Origin: Candidatus Woesearchaeota archaeon
Lineage (GTDB): Archaea > Nanobdellota > Nanobdellia > Woesearchaeales > JAZDKJ01
Length of the DNA stretch: 64,000 nt
Assembly (NCBI GenBank): GCA_043803105.1
Contig: JAZDKJ010000006.1
Location: 128,001-192,000, forward strand
Direction of reading: 5' to 3'
Position numbers and translations under genes: made by a program. The notes below the pieces were generated by a model. It was not told the DNA's origin, ran no database searches, and was given only the letters and a program-made list of their open reading frames with translations. This document shows, one piece after another, positions 1 to 9,337 of the stretch (the stretch's first letter is position 1; each line of letters opens with the position of its first letter).

Positions 1-134
1 ATTGAACATCTAGGGAGAGTATTCAACAAAACAGGTGTAGCTCCATCAGTAGTCCGAACCATCATCACATTACCCGGAAGCGCCAGCCAGGCAACGAATC
101 TTCCATCGACCTCCTGGCGCTTCTGAAGTCTCAC

Positions 135-662
135 ATGGGCTCTAGGCCAACCTCAAATCGACTGCTGCTCTTTCTCTTGAGTGAGGGCCAGTATGTAAGT
201 CGGTTGTTATACCTTCTGCATTTGGTGGGGATGACGAAGAATAAGATATGTTATGTTTGCCTGACCAAGCCTTTCAAGGACTTGCTGCAGGACTTTGCTG
301 ACAACCGGATTGATAGTAGTTTTTTCTTTTTTGTGGATGTGCTGAGCAGTCATTATGGCCTCCCTGATCCTTGCAGCAATTGTATTTTTGTCGATTCACC
401 ACAAAACCTTGAAGGAATTGCTGATGCTATCGCACAGGCTGTTGAGCGCGAGAACTGCAACCTAATAGTTATAGACACAATCTCAAATCTTCTTTTGTAC
501 CAGGAAGGGTTTCCCTTGCTGCGCTTTGCCCATCAGCTTGGAGAAAAAGATATAGTTAAGCTCTTCCTTGCCCTCAAGCATGACAGTGTCCCTGCAAAAG
601 AGAATCTCGAGTTGATAAATGACCTCAGGATGCTCGCTGACCAGACTATTGATTTAGGATGA
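135..662 (+). CDS. RecA/KaiC-like ATPase-fold protein, probably inactive
   Basis: ICYVCLTKP, FFFVDVLS and a Walker-B-like LIVIDTISNLLLY; C-terminal LRMLADQTIDL; no Walker A visible. Confidence 0.6.
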   Translation: MGSRPTSNRLLLFLLSEGQYVSRLLYLLHLVGMTKNKICYVCLTKPFKDLLQDFADNRIDSSFFFFVDVLSSHYGLPDPCSNCIFVDSPQNLEGIADAIAQAVERENCNLIVIDTISNLLLYQEGFPLLRFAHQLGEKDIVKLFLALKHDSVPAKENLELINDLRMLADQTIDLG

Positions 663-1025
663 TAGCTTTTTTACTCTGGCTACAAGGTCGTCATTGTCGA
701 ACGGTTTGGTGATGTAATCAAGAACGTGCATCTTGTTCAGCACCTCCTTTCCCACTTCAGAGAATCTTGCGACCGTGACGAACGCGACCTTCAATTTCTT
801 TGTCTTTGGGTTTGCCCTGATCTTTTCGCAGGTCTCTCTTCCTGACATTCCAGGCATCATCATGTCAAGTAGTATTGCGTCAGGTTTTGTTTTCTTTAGT
901 TTTTCCAAAGCCTCAGGCCCTGATCCTGCAGTTATCACATCAAAACCGTTGCCCTCGAGCACTGCCTTCACGAGCTCAACTATGTGTTCCTCGTCATCGA
1001 CAATCATGATTTTCTTTTTTGCCAT
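654..1025 (-). CDS. Stand-alone response regulator receiver (CheY-like)
   Basis: IMIVDDE, phosphoacceptor ILLDMMMPGMSG, VTV and YITKPF; start taken at MAKKKIM. Confidence 0.95.
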   Translation of the reverse strand: MAKKKIMIVDDEEHIVELVKAVLEGNGFDVITAGSGPEALEKLKKTKPDAILLDMMMPGMSGRETCEKIRANPKTKKLKVAFVTVARFSEVGKEVLNKMHVLDYITKPFDNDDLVARVKKLSS

Positions 1026-1123
1026 CTGGTTGTTGCGCTGCACAGCGCTGTTTATTAATTTTTCTGTTGCGCCTTCATCCTGTTGGCAACCTACCTTTTG
1101 TTACTATGTAGTTTGTGCGCACG

Positions 1124-1131
1124 TTTATATA
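1124..1131 (+). promoter_or_regulatory. TATA box (TTTATATA) for a probable leaderless transcript starting near 1155
   Basis: Archaeal TATA consensus about 30 nt upstream of an in-frame GTG at 1155. Confidence 0.5.
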
Positions 1132-1154
1132 TCAATATCTTAGAATGCTTGCCT

Positions 1155-1373
1155 GTGACTGGTTTGAAGCGTGACATCGTGGGTATTATTTCAGGTTTCT
1201 TTGGCAAGGAGACTGCCGATATGGTTGACAACTACTATTCAGAAGATAAGCCGGACGAATTGATTGCGGTGGCAATAAAGATGCTTTCTGGATTCCTGGG
1301 ACCTGCAAGCGCGAACAAACAACTGCAGCCGCTGCTGACAAAATATCGGAAGGTGATCCACAATGCATCATAA
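1155..1373 (+). CDS. Small helical protein, paralogue of 2155..2382
   Basis: LKRDIVGIISGFFGKETADMVD...LSGFLGPASANKQLQPL aligns by eye with the 75-aa protein on the - strand; GTG start chosen from the TATA position. Confidence 0.7.
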   Translation: MTGLKRDIVGIISGFFGKETADMVDNYYSEDKPDELIAVAIKMLSGFLGPASANKQLQPLLTKYRKVIHNAS

Positions 1374-2178
1374 AGACCTTTTCAAGATTCTCTTGGTTGT
1401 CTACACCCTAATGTTGGTTTTTGCCTACTCGACCACTTCTGTCCCTGTTGAACTGAGAAACCTTTGGCAGAATTCATTGTTTGTTATTGCTCCTCTTGTT
1501 GCCACAGGAATTGGTATCTATGCCTTGCGCAGGTTTGATTTTAGGAGCATCCACGGCAAGACCTTGTTGTTGGTTGCAGTCGGCCTTGCTTTTTGGTCCA
1601 TCGCTGAATTGCTGTGGCTGATTTTCGAATCAATCCTGGGAAGCAGTGCCTTTCCGTCGGTTGCTGACTTCTTCTACCTTGCAGCATATCCAATGTTTAT
1701 TCTTGCTGCAGTTAATGAGCTTAGGCTTGGTAGCATAGAATGGACAAAAATCAGGTTGCTTGTCAGTCTTGCTGTTCTTGCTCTCTTGTCTTTTGTTACC
1801 CTGCATTTTAATAGCTATTTGTACAATGCAAACCAGAGCTTTTGGGTAAACATGATTCTGCTTGCTTACGTTGTGGCTGACCTATTGGTGATAGCTGCCT
1901 TGGTTCTGTTGGTAAACCTCTCTCTTTCCTTTAAGGGCGGTGCCTTCTTCAGCTCCTGGTTCATTTTTGCGTTTGCCATGTTGTTCTACTGGCTTGCAGA
2001 TCTCTTGTTTGCAGTCTATCAGAAGCAGTATGGCGCATTGCAGCCCCTCTACAGGCAGATAGATTATTTGTGGATTATAGCTTATCTCCTAATCTCTTAT
2101 GCCTTGTTCAGGCAAATAGATGCAGTCAACAAGATGAAAGATATGGTCCTTGCCTCAGTGCGGAAGGCTTCTCGCTGA
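1363..2178 (+). CDS. Polytopic membrane protein resembling a membrane sensor input domain, with no output domain
   Basis: About 8 hydrophobic helices; WSIAELLW, FPSVADFFYLAAYP and DYLWIIAY motifs. Confidence 0.7.
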   Translation: MHHKDLFKILLVVYTLMLVFAYSTTSVPVELRNLWQNSLFVIAPLVATGIGIYALRRFDFRSIHGKTLLLVAVGLAFWSIAELLWLIFESILGSSAFPSVADFFYLAAYPMFILAAVNELRLGSIEWTKIRLLVSLAVLALLSFVTLHFNSYLYNANQSFWVNMILLAYVVADLLVIAALVLLVNLSLSFKGGAFFSSWFIFAFAMLFYWLADLLFAVYQKQYGALQPLYRQIDYLWIIAYLLISYALFRQIDAVNKMKDMVLASVRKASR

Positions 2179-2382
2179 GGATTGTGCAGCGAATTTTTTA
2201 TAGAGCGGCAGGAATTTCTTTTTTGATGTCTCCTCACCCACTAGTTTGCCAAGAAAGTAGACACATTGGTCAAGGAAATCAACAGGATACTTGTTCGGAT
2301 CCTCAAAAGTATCTAGCTGGTGTGCCACTTCGCTGCCAAAGGTCTTTAGCACTATTTGCGCTGCTTCTTCCTTGAGTTTCAT
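2155..2382 (-). CDS. Small helical protein, paralogue of 1155..1373
   Basis: GGAGGT Shine-Dalgarno upstream; MKLKEEAAQIVLKTFGSEVAHQLD...FLGKLVGEETSKKKFLPL. Confidence 0.75.
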   Translation of the reverse strand: MKLKEEAAQIVLKTFGSEVAHQLDTFEDPNKYPVDFLDQCVYFLGKLVGEETSKKKFLPLYKKFAAQSSARSLPH

Positions 2383-2487
2383 TGTGTCTACCTCCTTTGT
2401 TTTCCGTTATGAGATAACCAGTCTGCAGTGAGCAAACTGCATGATGCCCCCATGCAAGGAGGTTTGAATAGATGGTTGTTTGCTCTT

Positions 2488-4494
2488 TCATATTTCTTTC
2501 GCTTCCTGGTGTGTTATTGTGCTTGGCTTGAAGGGTATGGTAAAAAAGAAAGTAGAGCCCTTCCCCAATTTGCTCTCAAACCATATCCTCCCTCCCAAAC
2601 CCTCTATCAATTCTTTGCATATTGAGAGTCCTAGGCCGCTGCCTCCAACCTCTCTTGTTAAGGGGTTCTCAATCTGGTAGAACCTGGTGAATAATTTTGA
2701 GAAATACTCTTTAGGTATTCCAATGCCATTGTCTGCCACACTGATCCTGACAAATTTGTTGTCCCGTTTTGCTGCAACCTCGACAGTGCCTTTTTTGCTG
2801 TATTTTATCGCATTATCCACCAGGTTGATGAGCACCTGACGTGTTCTTTCCTTGTCTGTTTCTGCCTGCGGTATGCCTCGATCCACCTTAATCTTTAGCT
2901 TCAGTCCCCTTGCTGTTGCTTTCGGTTGCAGTTCCTCCACGACCTCTCCTACCATCTTCGGAACATCCAGTGTTTCTATGGTGAATTTCAATGTGCCAAG
3001 GTCGAGCCTTGACAAATCAAGTACCTCTGTCACTAGTTTGGCAAGGCGCTTCACTTCATCCCTGATTATGCCCAGATACCTACTCCTTGTCTTGACGTCG
3101 CTGATTGTCTTTTCACTTTCAAGCAGCTGTGCAAACCCTGTTATTGCAGTCATTGGTGTCTTTAGCTCGTGCGCTGCAATCGATATGAAGGTGTCCTTTT
3201 CTTGGTCGAGTTTTTTTAGCTCTAACACATTAGCTTTAAGGCCTTTCTGGGCTTCCAAAAGTTCTTTGTTGCTCTTGTCTAGGTCTTCCATCATGTTGAG
3301 CATCGCATTTTTTGTGCCTGTGAGCTCGGCAACTTTCTTCTTCAACTCCCTAGTTCGTGCGTCAACTGTTGTTTCCATTTCTCCGCTGTGCCTTTCTATT
3401 TGAGCCTTTGATTTTTTCAGCTCTTCAGTCATTTTGTTGAATATCTCTACAAGCTGCCGGAATTCATATATTGCACTTGGTTTCACTTTCGTGCTTAAAT
3501 CCCCGCTGGCGAGTCTTGTTACTGCGTCCTTCAGGTCTATTATTGGCTTCTCAATCATCTTGGAAACATAAAGGCCTATGCCCAGGGAAACAAAAATCAT
3601 GCATATGACAATGAGTATTATGATTGCCTGCAGCCGGGTTACCGGTGCCATGGCTTCCTGCTCGTTCATTTTTGCGATCAGGCACAGTTCTGTTTCCGGC
3701 AGCCAAACATACATTGTCAGGCTTCTTACACCTCTATAATCCGCGAAAACCCCTTGTCCTGACTCTCGCTTCAGGCACCTTTTCACAGCCTCCGTGAATA
3801 TTGCTTTGTTGAATTCTGCTCCTGGTATGAATCTGGATGATGTAACCAAGAGGTTTAGCCTGTTCACGAGTATTGTCTCGCCGCTCTGTCCTAGCCCAGC
3901 CCTTTCTGCCATTATTTCAGATACCTCATCAGGATCGATTTTGCCTGCCAGGACTGCTATTGTGTTACCAGCGCTGTTGCGCAACGGTGTGGAAATGATT
4001 ATGATTGATTTCTGCGTTGATGCATCATAACGGAAGCTCTGGACAAATGTCCTGGTCTTTGCTTGTGTGAAAAAATCTTCTTCAGATCTCATTTTTCCTT
4101 CTTCCTGTTCATCCGTAGACAGGTGCACCCTGCCTTCTTTGTCCATCACGAATAACTCTAAGAAATCCGGCGATATTGAGAGCGATTGTATCAGGAGCTG
4201 CCTCATCTCATTGTGCGTGCTCAGATTGTGATATTTTGTCCCGTTTGGCAGAAAGAGTGGGCTAAAGGCATGCACCAGGGCATGCTCTGAGGCAACCCCT
4301 TCCAGCTCACGCTTCTCCTGTTTGATAAACATGTTGATTTCTGTTTCCTTGAGAACTGCCACGCTGTTCAGTTGGTCAAATATCCTGGCCCCTACAGCAT
4401 CTCTACTGTACAGGTAGATTCCGTAGCTCCCCAGGGACATAACTATCAGTGAGGATATTGTGAACATTACTGTCAGCTTAAGTCCTATTCTCAT
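2488..4494 (-). CDS. Sensor histidine kinase (TM-dCache-TM-HAMP-coiled coil-HisKA-HATPase)
   Basis: H-box AAHELKTPMT, N-box NLVDNAIKYS, G1 DNGIGIP, F-box LFTRFYQ, G2 GGSGLGLSI. Confidence 0.97.
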   Translation of the reverse strand: MRIGLKLTVMFTISSLIVMSLGSYGIYLYSRDAVGARIFDQLNSVAVLKETEINMFIKQEKRELEGVASEHALVHAFSPLFLPNGTKYHNLSTHNEMRQLLIQSLSISPDFLELFVMDKEGRVHLSTDEQEEGKMRSEEDFFTQAKTRTFVQSFRYDASTQKSIIIISTPLRNSAGNTIAVLAGKIDPDEVSEIMAERAGLGQSGETILVNRLNLLVTSSRFIPGAEFNKAIFTEAVKRCLKRESGQGVFADYRGVRSLTMYVWLPETELCLIAKMNEQEAMAPVTRLQAIIILIVICMIFVSLGIGLYVSKMIEKPIIDLKDAVTRLASGDLSTKVKPSAIYEFRQLVEIFNKMTEELKKSKAQIERHSGEMETTVDARTRELKKKVAELTGTKNAMLNMMEDLDKSNKELLEAQKGLKANVLELKKLDQEKDTFISIAAHELKTPMTAITGFAQLLESEKTISDVKTRSRYLGIIRDEVKRLAKLVTEVLDLSRLDLGTLKFTIETLDVPKMVGEVVEELQPKATARGLKLKIKVDRGIPQAETDKERTRQVLINLVDNAIKYSKKGTVEVAAKRDNKFVRISVADNGIGIPKEYFSKLFTRFYQIENPLTREVGGSGLGLSICKELIEGLGGRIWFESKLGKGSTFFFTIPFKPSTITHQEAKEI

Positions 4495-5461
4495 TGTATT
4501 CGTAGTTCAGGAATTCCATTGCATACACTGAACTTACATTAATTTCTCCTGTTAGGTTCTCTTCACGCAGGATTCTGTATATATAATCCCAGTTGCTCTT
4601 TTTCATCGTGCCAAGGTACGAATCTCCTGTGTTTATCAACGGTATGGAAATTCTCAAAGTCTCGAGTTCATATTCAAGATTTCTTCCAGGTGCGTACTTC
4701 AATGTTATTGCTGCAGCTTCCTTGTTATTCTCAATTGCATATTGCCAGCCTTTGAGTGTGGCTCTCAGGAACCCTTGCACTATCTTCGGGTTGTTCTCGA
4801 TCATGTCATCCCTAGTGAAGAGCACATCCGCATAAATGTTTGCTCCGTAGTCTGCCATCATGATGATGCTTACATTCTTTCCCTCTGCTTCTGCCAGCCT
4901 TGGCTCATTTATGATGTACCCTGTGGAGATATCAGTAGTCCCATTCAAAAGCTCCTTGGCATCGTACCCGATGGTTATCTCTCTAATCTTGCTTCTGTTG
5001 ATGCCAAGCTTTTTCAACATGACTCTGTACAGCAGTTCCACATTGGTTCCCCTCTCCAGCCCAACAGTCCTGCCCATAAAATCCTCAGGCTTTGTTATTC
5101 CTGATTCCTTGAGAGAATAGGCGCAGACTGGATTTATTTTGTAGATTACTGCGAAGGCCTTAAGCCTCAACCCTTTTGATCGTGCCACCACAAGTTCGTC
5201 TGCACCTGTGATTCCGAAATCTGCCTTTTTGTTGGCAACAGCCTCTATTGTTGGTTCTTCAAACGTAAATGGCTCAAACTTCACTTTCAGGCCTTCTTCA
5301 GCATAGAATCCTTTTTCCTCTGCCACATAATTGCCTGCAAACTGTGCATGATTTATCCACTTGAGTTTTAGCGTCACTTGCTGAAGCTGTTTTTGATCAT
5401 GCTCGCAACCGATAAGGAGGATAATCAAGATTGCCAGCCAGATTAGGGCATGCTTTCTCAT
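4478..5461 (-). CDS. NMT1/THI5-family substrate-binding lipoprotein
   Basis: Lipobox LLIGC; LKLKWINHAQFAGNYVAEEKGFYAEEGL; FLRATLKGWQYA. Confidence 0.9.
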   Translation of the reverse strand: MRKHALIWLAILIILLIGCEHDQKQLQQVTLKLKWINHAQFAGNYVAEEKGFYAEEGLKVKFEPFTFEEPTIEAVANKKADFGITGADELVVARSKGLRLKAFAVIYKINPVCAYSLKESGITKPEDFMGRTVGLERGTNVELLYRVMLKKLGINRSKIREITIGYDAKELLNGTTDISTGYIINEPRLAEAEGKNVSIIMMADYGANIYADVLFTRDDMIENNPKIVQGFLRATLKGWQYAIENNKEAAAITLKYAPGRNLEYELETLRISIPLINTGDSYLGTMKKSNWDYIYRILREENLTGEINVSSVYAMEFLNYEYNENRT

Positions 5462-6762
5462 TTTGCACCCTTTAGCTTTTCTTCAAGCTCTCTGATCCTT
5501 TTTTTCAGTTCTATCATCTTCAGCTCCCTACCCACTGTAATTTTGCTGAGTTTTTCAAGCTCGTCAATTTTTTCTTTCAGTTTTTTCGTTCTTTCAGCAA
5601 CCTGTGTTTCCAGAGTTTTGCTGTAGTTTTCCAGCTGGACTTTTGACTTTTTCAGGTCCTCTGCCATCCTGTCGAATGCCCGCGAGAGTTCCCCTATTTC
5701 ATCTGCTGACCTTATTCCAGTTCTTGCGTTCAAGTCACCGCCTGATATTTTCTCTGCAGCAGATATCAGATCTTTTATCGGCTTCGTAACCCTTCTTGAG
5801 AGATAAAACCCGGCAACGACTACAAATCCAATATTTAATATTACTATTATTGCAGTGAATATAAGCTGCTTAAGTACTGAGGCATATGCCTCCTGGACCG
5901 GCATTTCCGTAACAACCGCCCAGTCGGGCGTGCCAAGTGGCACATAGTTTATGATCACAGCGTTGCCCCCTATGCCTTTTGTCACCTCGGTTCCGTGTGC
6001 CTCAGTCGTCTGATTGCTGCTGACAAAATCGCTTACCTCACTCAACCGGATTAGGTTCTCCCCGCCTAAAACGCGGCTGATGTCTCTGGAAGCTATGAGG
6101 TTGCCCTGCCTGTCTACCACATAAGCCTGGCCTGTATTGCCAATCTTTATCCTTCCCACCATATCCCACAGGAATTTTAAATTAACCTCAGCCATGAGTA
6201 TCCCTTCAAAATCACCGAAGACGTTTTTCACAGGAACTGTCATTACCACCATTGGCTCGCTGGTTACTTCATTTATATATACTGGGCTGATGTATGTTCT
6301 TCCTTGCTTTACCTGGGAGAACATATGGCTCCCGGCCCGCTCTGTTAAGTTGCCTGACATAAAACTTGACAGCCGGGAGACCTTTAGCGATTCATGTCCC
6401 TGCGCATCTAACAGGGTCAATTGGCGAAAGGCTGATTCAATGCCAAGCAACTTATTCAAAACTTGTTTCTGATCTTCTTTTTTTGCGTTTGCCAAATTGC
6501 CAAGACTGGCTGCCATATCTAGAATAGTAAACTTCTCTTGCACAAAGCTCTTGACAGAGTTGGCAGCCTCTTTGGCAACGAGCTGCTGCTGGTTGGCAAC
6601 GATTTCTTGCTGTGCTTGGAAGTTGAAATATGTATTCAGGCCGCTGGAAATTAGCAGTATTACTGCGCTCAAGGCCAAAAAAGCTATCATTAAAGTAACA
6701 GTGAGGCTCCTAAACTTTGCTTTTTTTGCTTTGGTTTTTTCAGACATTTCTACGTTATTCAT
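5458..6762 (-). CDS. dCache-HAMP membrane sensor with no catalytic output; C-terminal GRELKMIELK coiled coil
   Basis: Two TM helices; YISPVY and GQAYVVDRQGNLIAS Cache motifs; HAMP DEIGELSRAFDRM; no H-box. Confidence 0.88.
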   Translation of the reverse strand: MNNVEMSEKTKAKKAKFRSLTVTLMIAFLALSAVILLISSGLNTYFNFQAQQEIVANQQQLVAKEAANSVKSFVQEKFTILDMAASLGNLANAKKEDQKQVLNKLLGIESAFRQLTLLDAQGHESLKVSRLSSFMSGNLTERAGSHMFSQVKQGRTYISPVYINEVTSEPMVVMTVPVKNVFGDFEGILMAEVNLKFLWDMVGRIKIGNTGQAYVVDRQGNLIASRDISRVLGGENLIRLSEVSDFVSSNQTTEAHGTEVTKGIGGNAVIINYVPLGTPDWAVVTEMPVQEAYASVLKQLIFTAIIVILNIGFVVVAGFYLSRRVTKPIKDLISAAEKISGGDLNARTGIRSADEIGELSRAFDRMAEDLKKSKVQLENYSKTLETQVAERTKKLKEKIDELEKLSKITVGRELKMIELKKRIRELEEKLKGAK

Positions 6763-7779
6763 TCAGCGGATGATCTCCTTTGCCCTGCTCAGTAATCCTT
6801 CACTAACATTCAGCCCCAGTTCTTGAGCAACTTTGTAGTTGATCCGCAGATAGTTCTCGGGTGTGACAACCGGAATTGTGCCGGCTGGGGTGCCTTTAAA
6901 TATTTTATCAGCTATGACTGCGGCCATCCGGCCTTGCTCAGCCATGTCAGGAGCATAATTGCATATAGCTCCAAGGTCTGTCATAAAATTCAGAGTGCCG
7001 CCAACAGGGATTTTATGTTCTTTTGCGAACTTCATGATTGCCGCAAAACCATCGGGCGAAGGGGTAAGGGTATCAGGCATCATCAGAATGGCATCAATGC
7101 CAATATCTTTCGCTTCAGCTCGTACCTTAAGATCAGCCTGAAGTTCTTCTAGATTACTGACAGAATCTTGCACTAATGTTATGCCTAAAGAGGAGGCCGC
7201 CAAGCGCGCCCCCTCAAGAGCGGGAGGGGTATTGGGGTAATTGAGGTCATAGATTAAATAAAATCTTTTGGCCTGAGGTACCAACTCGTGCAAAATCTCA
7301 AGACGATTGGCTGTATCATCCACCAAGGCCGGGCCACGAACACCGGTGATATTTCCGCCCGGCCGCTGCACACTTTCTATCAAATTATTCATATCTACAC
7401 CGGTTTGGGCAAAAACCACCGGGATGCCTGTTCCTTGGGCGACTGCTTTGGCCTCTACGGCTGGCTCACTGGGAAATGCAAAAATCAGGTCAACCTTGTC
7501 ATCCACGAATTTCTTGAGAGCTCGCTTCTCTCCTTCAGGGTCAGCGTTAAATTTCTGAAAGTCATAAACGATGTCCTTGCCTTCTATGTAGCCTAATTCA
7601 GTCATTTTTGCCTTGAAGCCGTCTGCTATAGGGGTAAAAGGTTCTGCGCCAGACAGAATCCCCACGTGATAGACCTTTGGCGTTTCTGGTGAAGTGCAGC
7701 CGCTCAAAAAAATGACAACCGCTAACAAAACTACAAGCGTTATTTGCCGCCTCAACGCGATTTCCTTGTCCCCAGCCAT
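6763..7779 (-). CDS. ABC-type substrate-binding lipoprotein (ABC_sub_bind/TrpX-like)
   Basis: Lipobox FLSGC; GFKAKMTELGYIEG, PGGNITGV, KIFKGTPAGTIPV, INYKVAQELGL. Confidence 0.88.
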   Translation of the reverse strand: MAGDKEIALRRQITLVVLLAVVIFLSGCTSPETPKVYHVGILSGAEPFTPIADGFKAKMTELGYIEGKDIVYDFQKFNADPEGEKRALKKFVDDKVDLIFAFPSEPAVEAKAVAQGTGIPVVFAQTGVDMNNLIESVQRPGGNITGVRGPALVDDTANRLEILHELVPQAKRFYLIYDLNYPNTPPALEGARLAASSLGITLVQDSVSNLEELQADLKVRAEAKDIGIDAILMMPDTLTPSPDGFAAIMKFAKEHKIPVGGTLNFMTDLGAICNYAPDMAEQGRMAAVIADKIFKGTPAGTIPVVTPENYLRINYKVAQELGLNVSEGLLSRAKEIIR

Positions 7780-7792
7780 CCCTATCCCTCCT

Positions 7793-9202
7793 TCACTTCT
7801 TTCTAGGCCCTTCCTCCTGCTCCGCTATCCTCTTCTTGAGCTCTATCATCTTGAGTTCTCTTCCCACAGTGAGTTTGCTGAATTTTTCCAATTCCTCAAC
7901 TTTTGACCCTAGCTCTTTGTTCAGTTTAATCAGTTGTTCCTCTGCTTTCTTGCGTTCGCTGATGTCTCGAAAAAAACCCAATAATAATTCTCGATTTTTG
8001 ATTTTTATTGGTTTGGAGCTAACATCGCAATAAATTATTGTTCCATCTTTTTTTAAAACCTGAACGTCTTTTGCAATAATTATTTTTCCTTGAAGTTGTT
8101 TTTGGAATTGTTCTAAGATATATGGCAGCTCTTTTTTTGGATGAATGTCGTTTGGGCTAAGCTTAAGTAATTCATGCTTGAGATAGCCGGTTATCTCACA
8201 AATTCTTGGATTGGCAAAAACAAAATTTCCTGTTTTTGCATCGGCAACTAAAATTCCATCTGCTGCCCCTTCAAAAATTACCCTGAATTTTTCTTCGCTG
8301 ATTTGTAGTGCCTCCTCTGCTTTTTTCCGCTCGGTTATGTCTTGAAGCGTCTCCAAAGCGCAGGTTGGTTTTCCTTTTTTGTCTTTGAGTGCTATGGCTG
8401 TAAAATGCAGCCATATTCCTCCCTCTTTCATTTTCGGGAAAAAGGCTGTTGCCTCGTATGCACCTCTCACAAATTTTGATTTACTGTGATTATCTCCGTA
8501 CCATTTTCTCAAATTCTGCACAGAGCCTTCTAAAAGCAGGTCTGCCATGCAGGGTCTTCTTTTGCTGTAGAAAGCCTTCCAATGATCTCTGGTATTAAGC
8601 ACTCTTTCAGCTTTTATCCCGCTGTATTCTTCCAGCGCTTTGTTCCAAGCGATGACTTTATGGTATCTGTCAATAATGAACTGTGGTATAGGGGAGCCTT
8701 GGATGATTTCCTTTAATGTATTTTCAGTATCATGCACCGCTTCCTCCATCTTCTTGGACTGTGTGTTGTCCGTAAAAAGCCCCACAAGCACTTTCTGTCC
8801 TCCTAACATGATGGAACTGGCATTAATATCGCAGTAGATTATCCCCTTATCTTTCCTCAAGATTGGAACGTCACGATCAATCGATATTTTATTGTTTGAC
8901 AGTTTCTTGAGTTGGTCAATTGCTTCAGGCAAGTATTTTTTGGGATGAATGTCGTTCACACTCAATTTAAGTAATTCTTGTGTTGCATAGCCCGTTAACT
9001 CAGACATCCTGGAATTTGCAAAAACAAATCTTCTTGTTAGAACCTCAGCACCCAAAATTCCTGCACCCGCTCCTTCGAAAATCGCCCTATATTTTTCTTC
9101 GCTTTCTCGAAGCGACTCCTGTATTTTCTTAAGGTCTAACATCTGTTTATTGTACCTTGCGTTCGTGTCTTTCTTTTTCTTGCGAGACCATTTTTTTGTC
9201 AT
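7793..9202 (-). CDS. Cytoplasmic triple-PAS sensor with no catalytic output; C-terminal GRELKMIELK coiled coil
   Basis: SEEKYRAIFEGA and SEEKFRVIFEGA PAS starts; DITERKKAEE and DISERKKAEE PAC ends; no kinase or cyclase domain. Confidence 0.9.
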   Translation of the reverse strand: MTKKWSRKKKKDTNARYNKQMLDLKKIQESLRESEEKYRAIFEGAGAGILGAEVLTRRFVFANSRMSELTGYATQELLKLSVNDIHPKKYLPEAIDQLKKLSNNKISIDRDVPILRKDKGIIYCDINASSIMLGGQKVLVGLFTDNTQSKKMEEAVHDTENTLKEIIQGSPIPQFIIDRYHKVIAWNKALEEYSGIKAERVLNTRDHWKAFYSKRRPCMADLLLEGSVQNLRKWYGDNHSKSKFVRGAYEATAFFPKMKEGGIWLHFTAIALKDKKGKPTCALETLQDITERKKAEEALQISEEKFRVIFEGAADGILVADAKTGNFVFANPRICEITGYLKHELLKLSPNDIHPKKELPYILEQFQKQLQGKIIIAKDVQVLKKDGTIIYCDVSSKPIKIKNRELLLGFFRDISERKKAEEQLIKLNKELGSKVEELEKFSKLTVGRELKMIELKKRIAEQEEGPRKK

Positions 9203-9337
9203 TTTTATCCTGTATTATGGTTGGTTATGCCTAAATTGCGCAATATAGAAGATAGCATTCATCTGGCCCTCTTTTTTACCTTAGCTTCATCCCTGACAGG
9301 CATATCTTATAAGCTTTTTGATTAAACACATTGCCGA

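Noticed and set aside
2852-8837. Numerous + strand ORFs antisense to the signalling genes
   Set aside because: Ser/Phe-rich antisense shadows of well-supported - strand genes; the same applies to short ORFs inside the giant gene and recJ
5458-9202. Kinase pseudogenes
   Set aside because: Both sensors end at the same conserved motif and are immediately followed by the next gene, leaving no room for a decayed kinase domain
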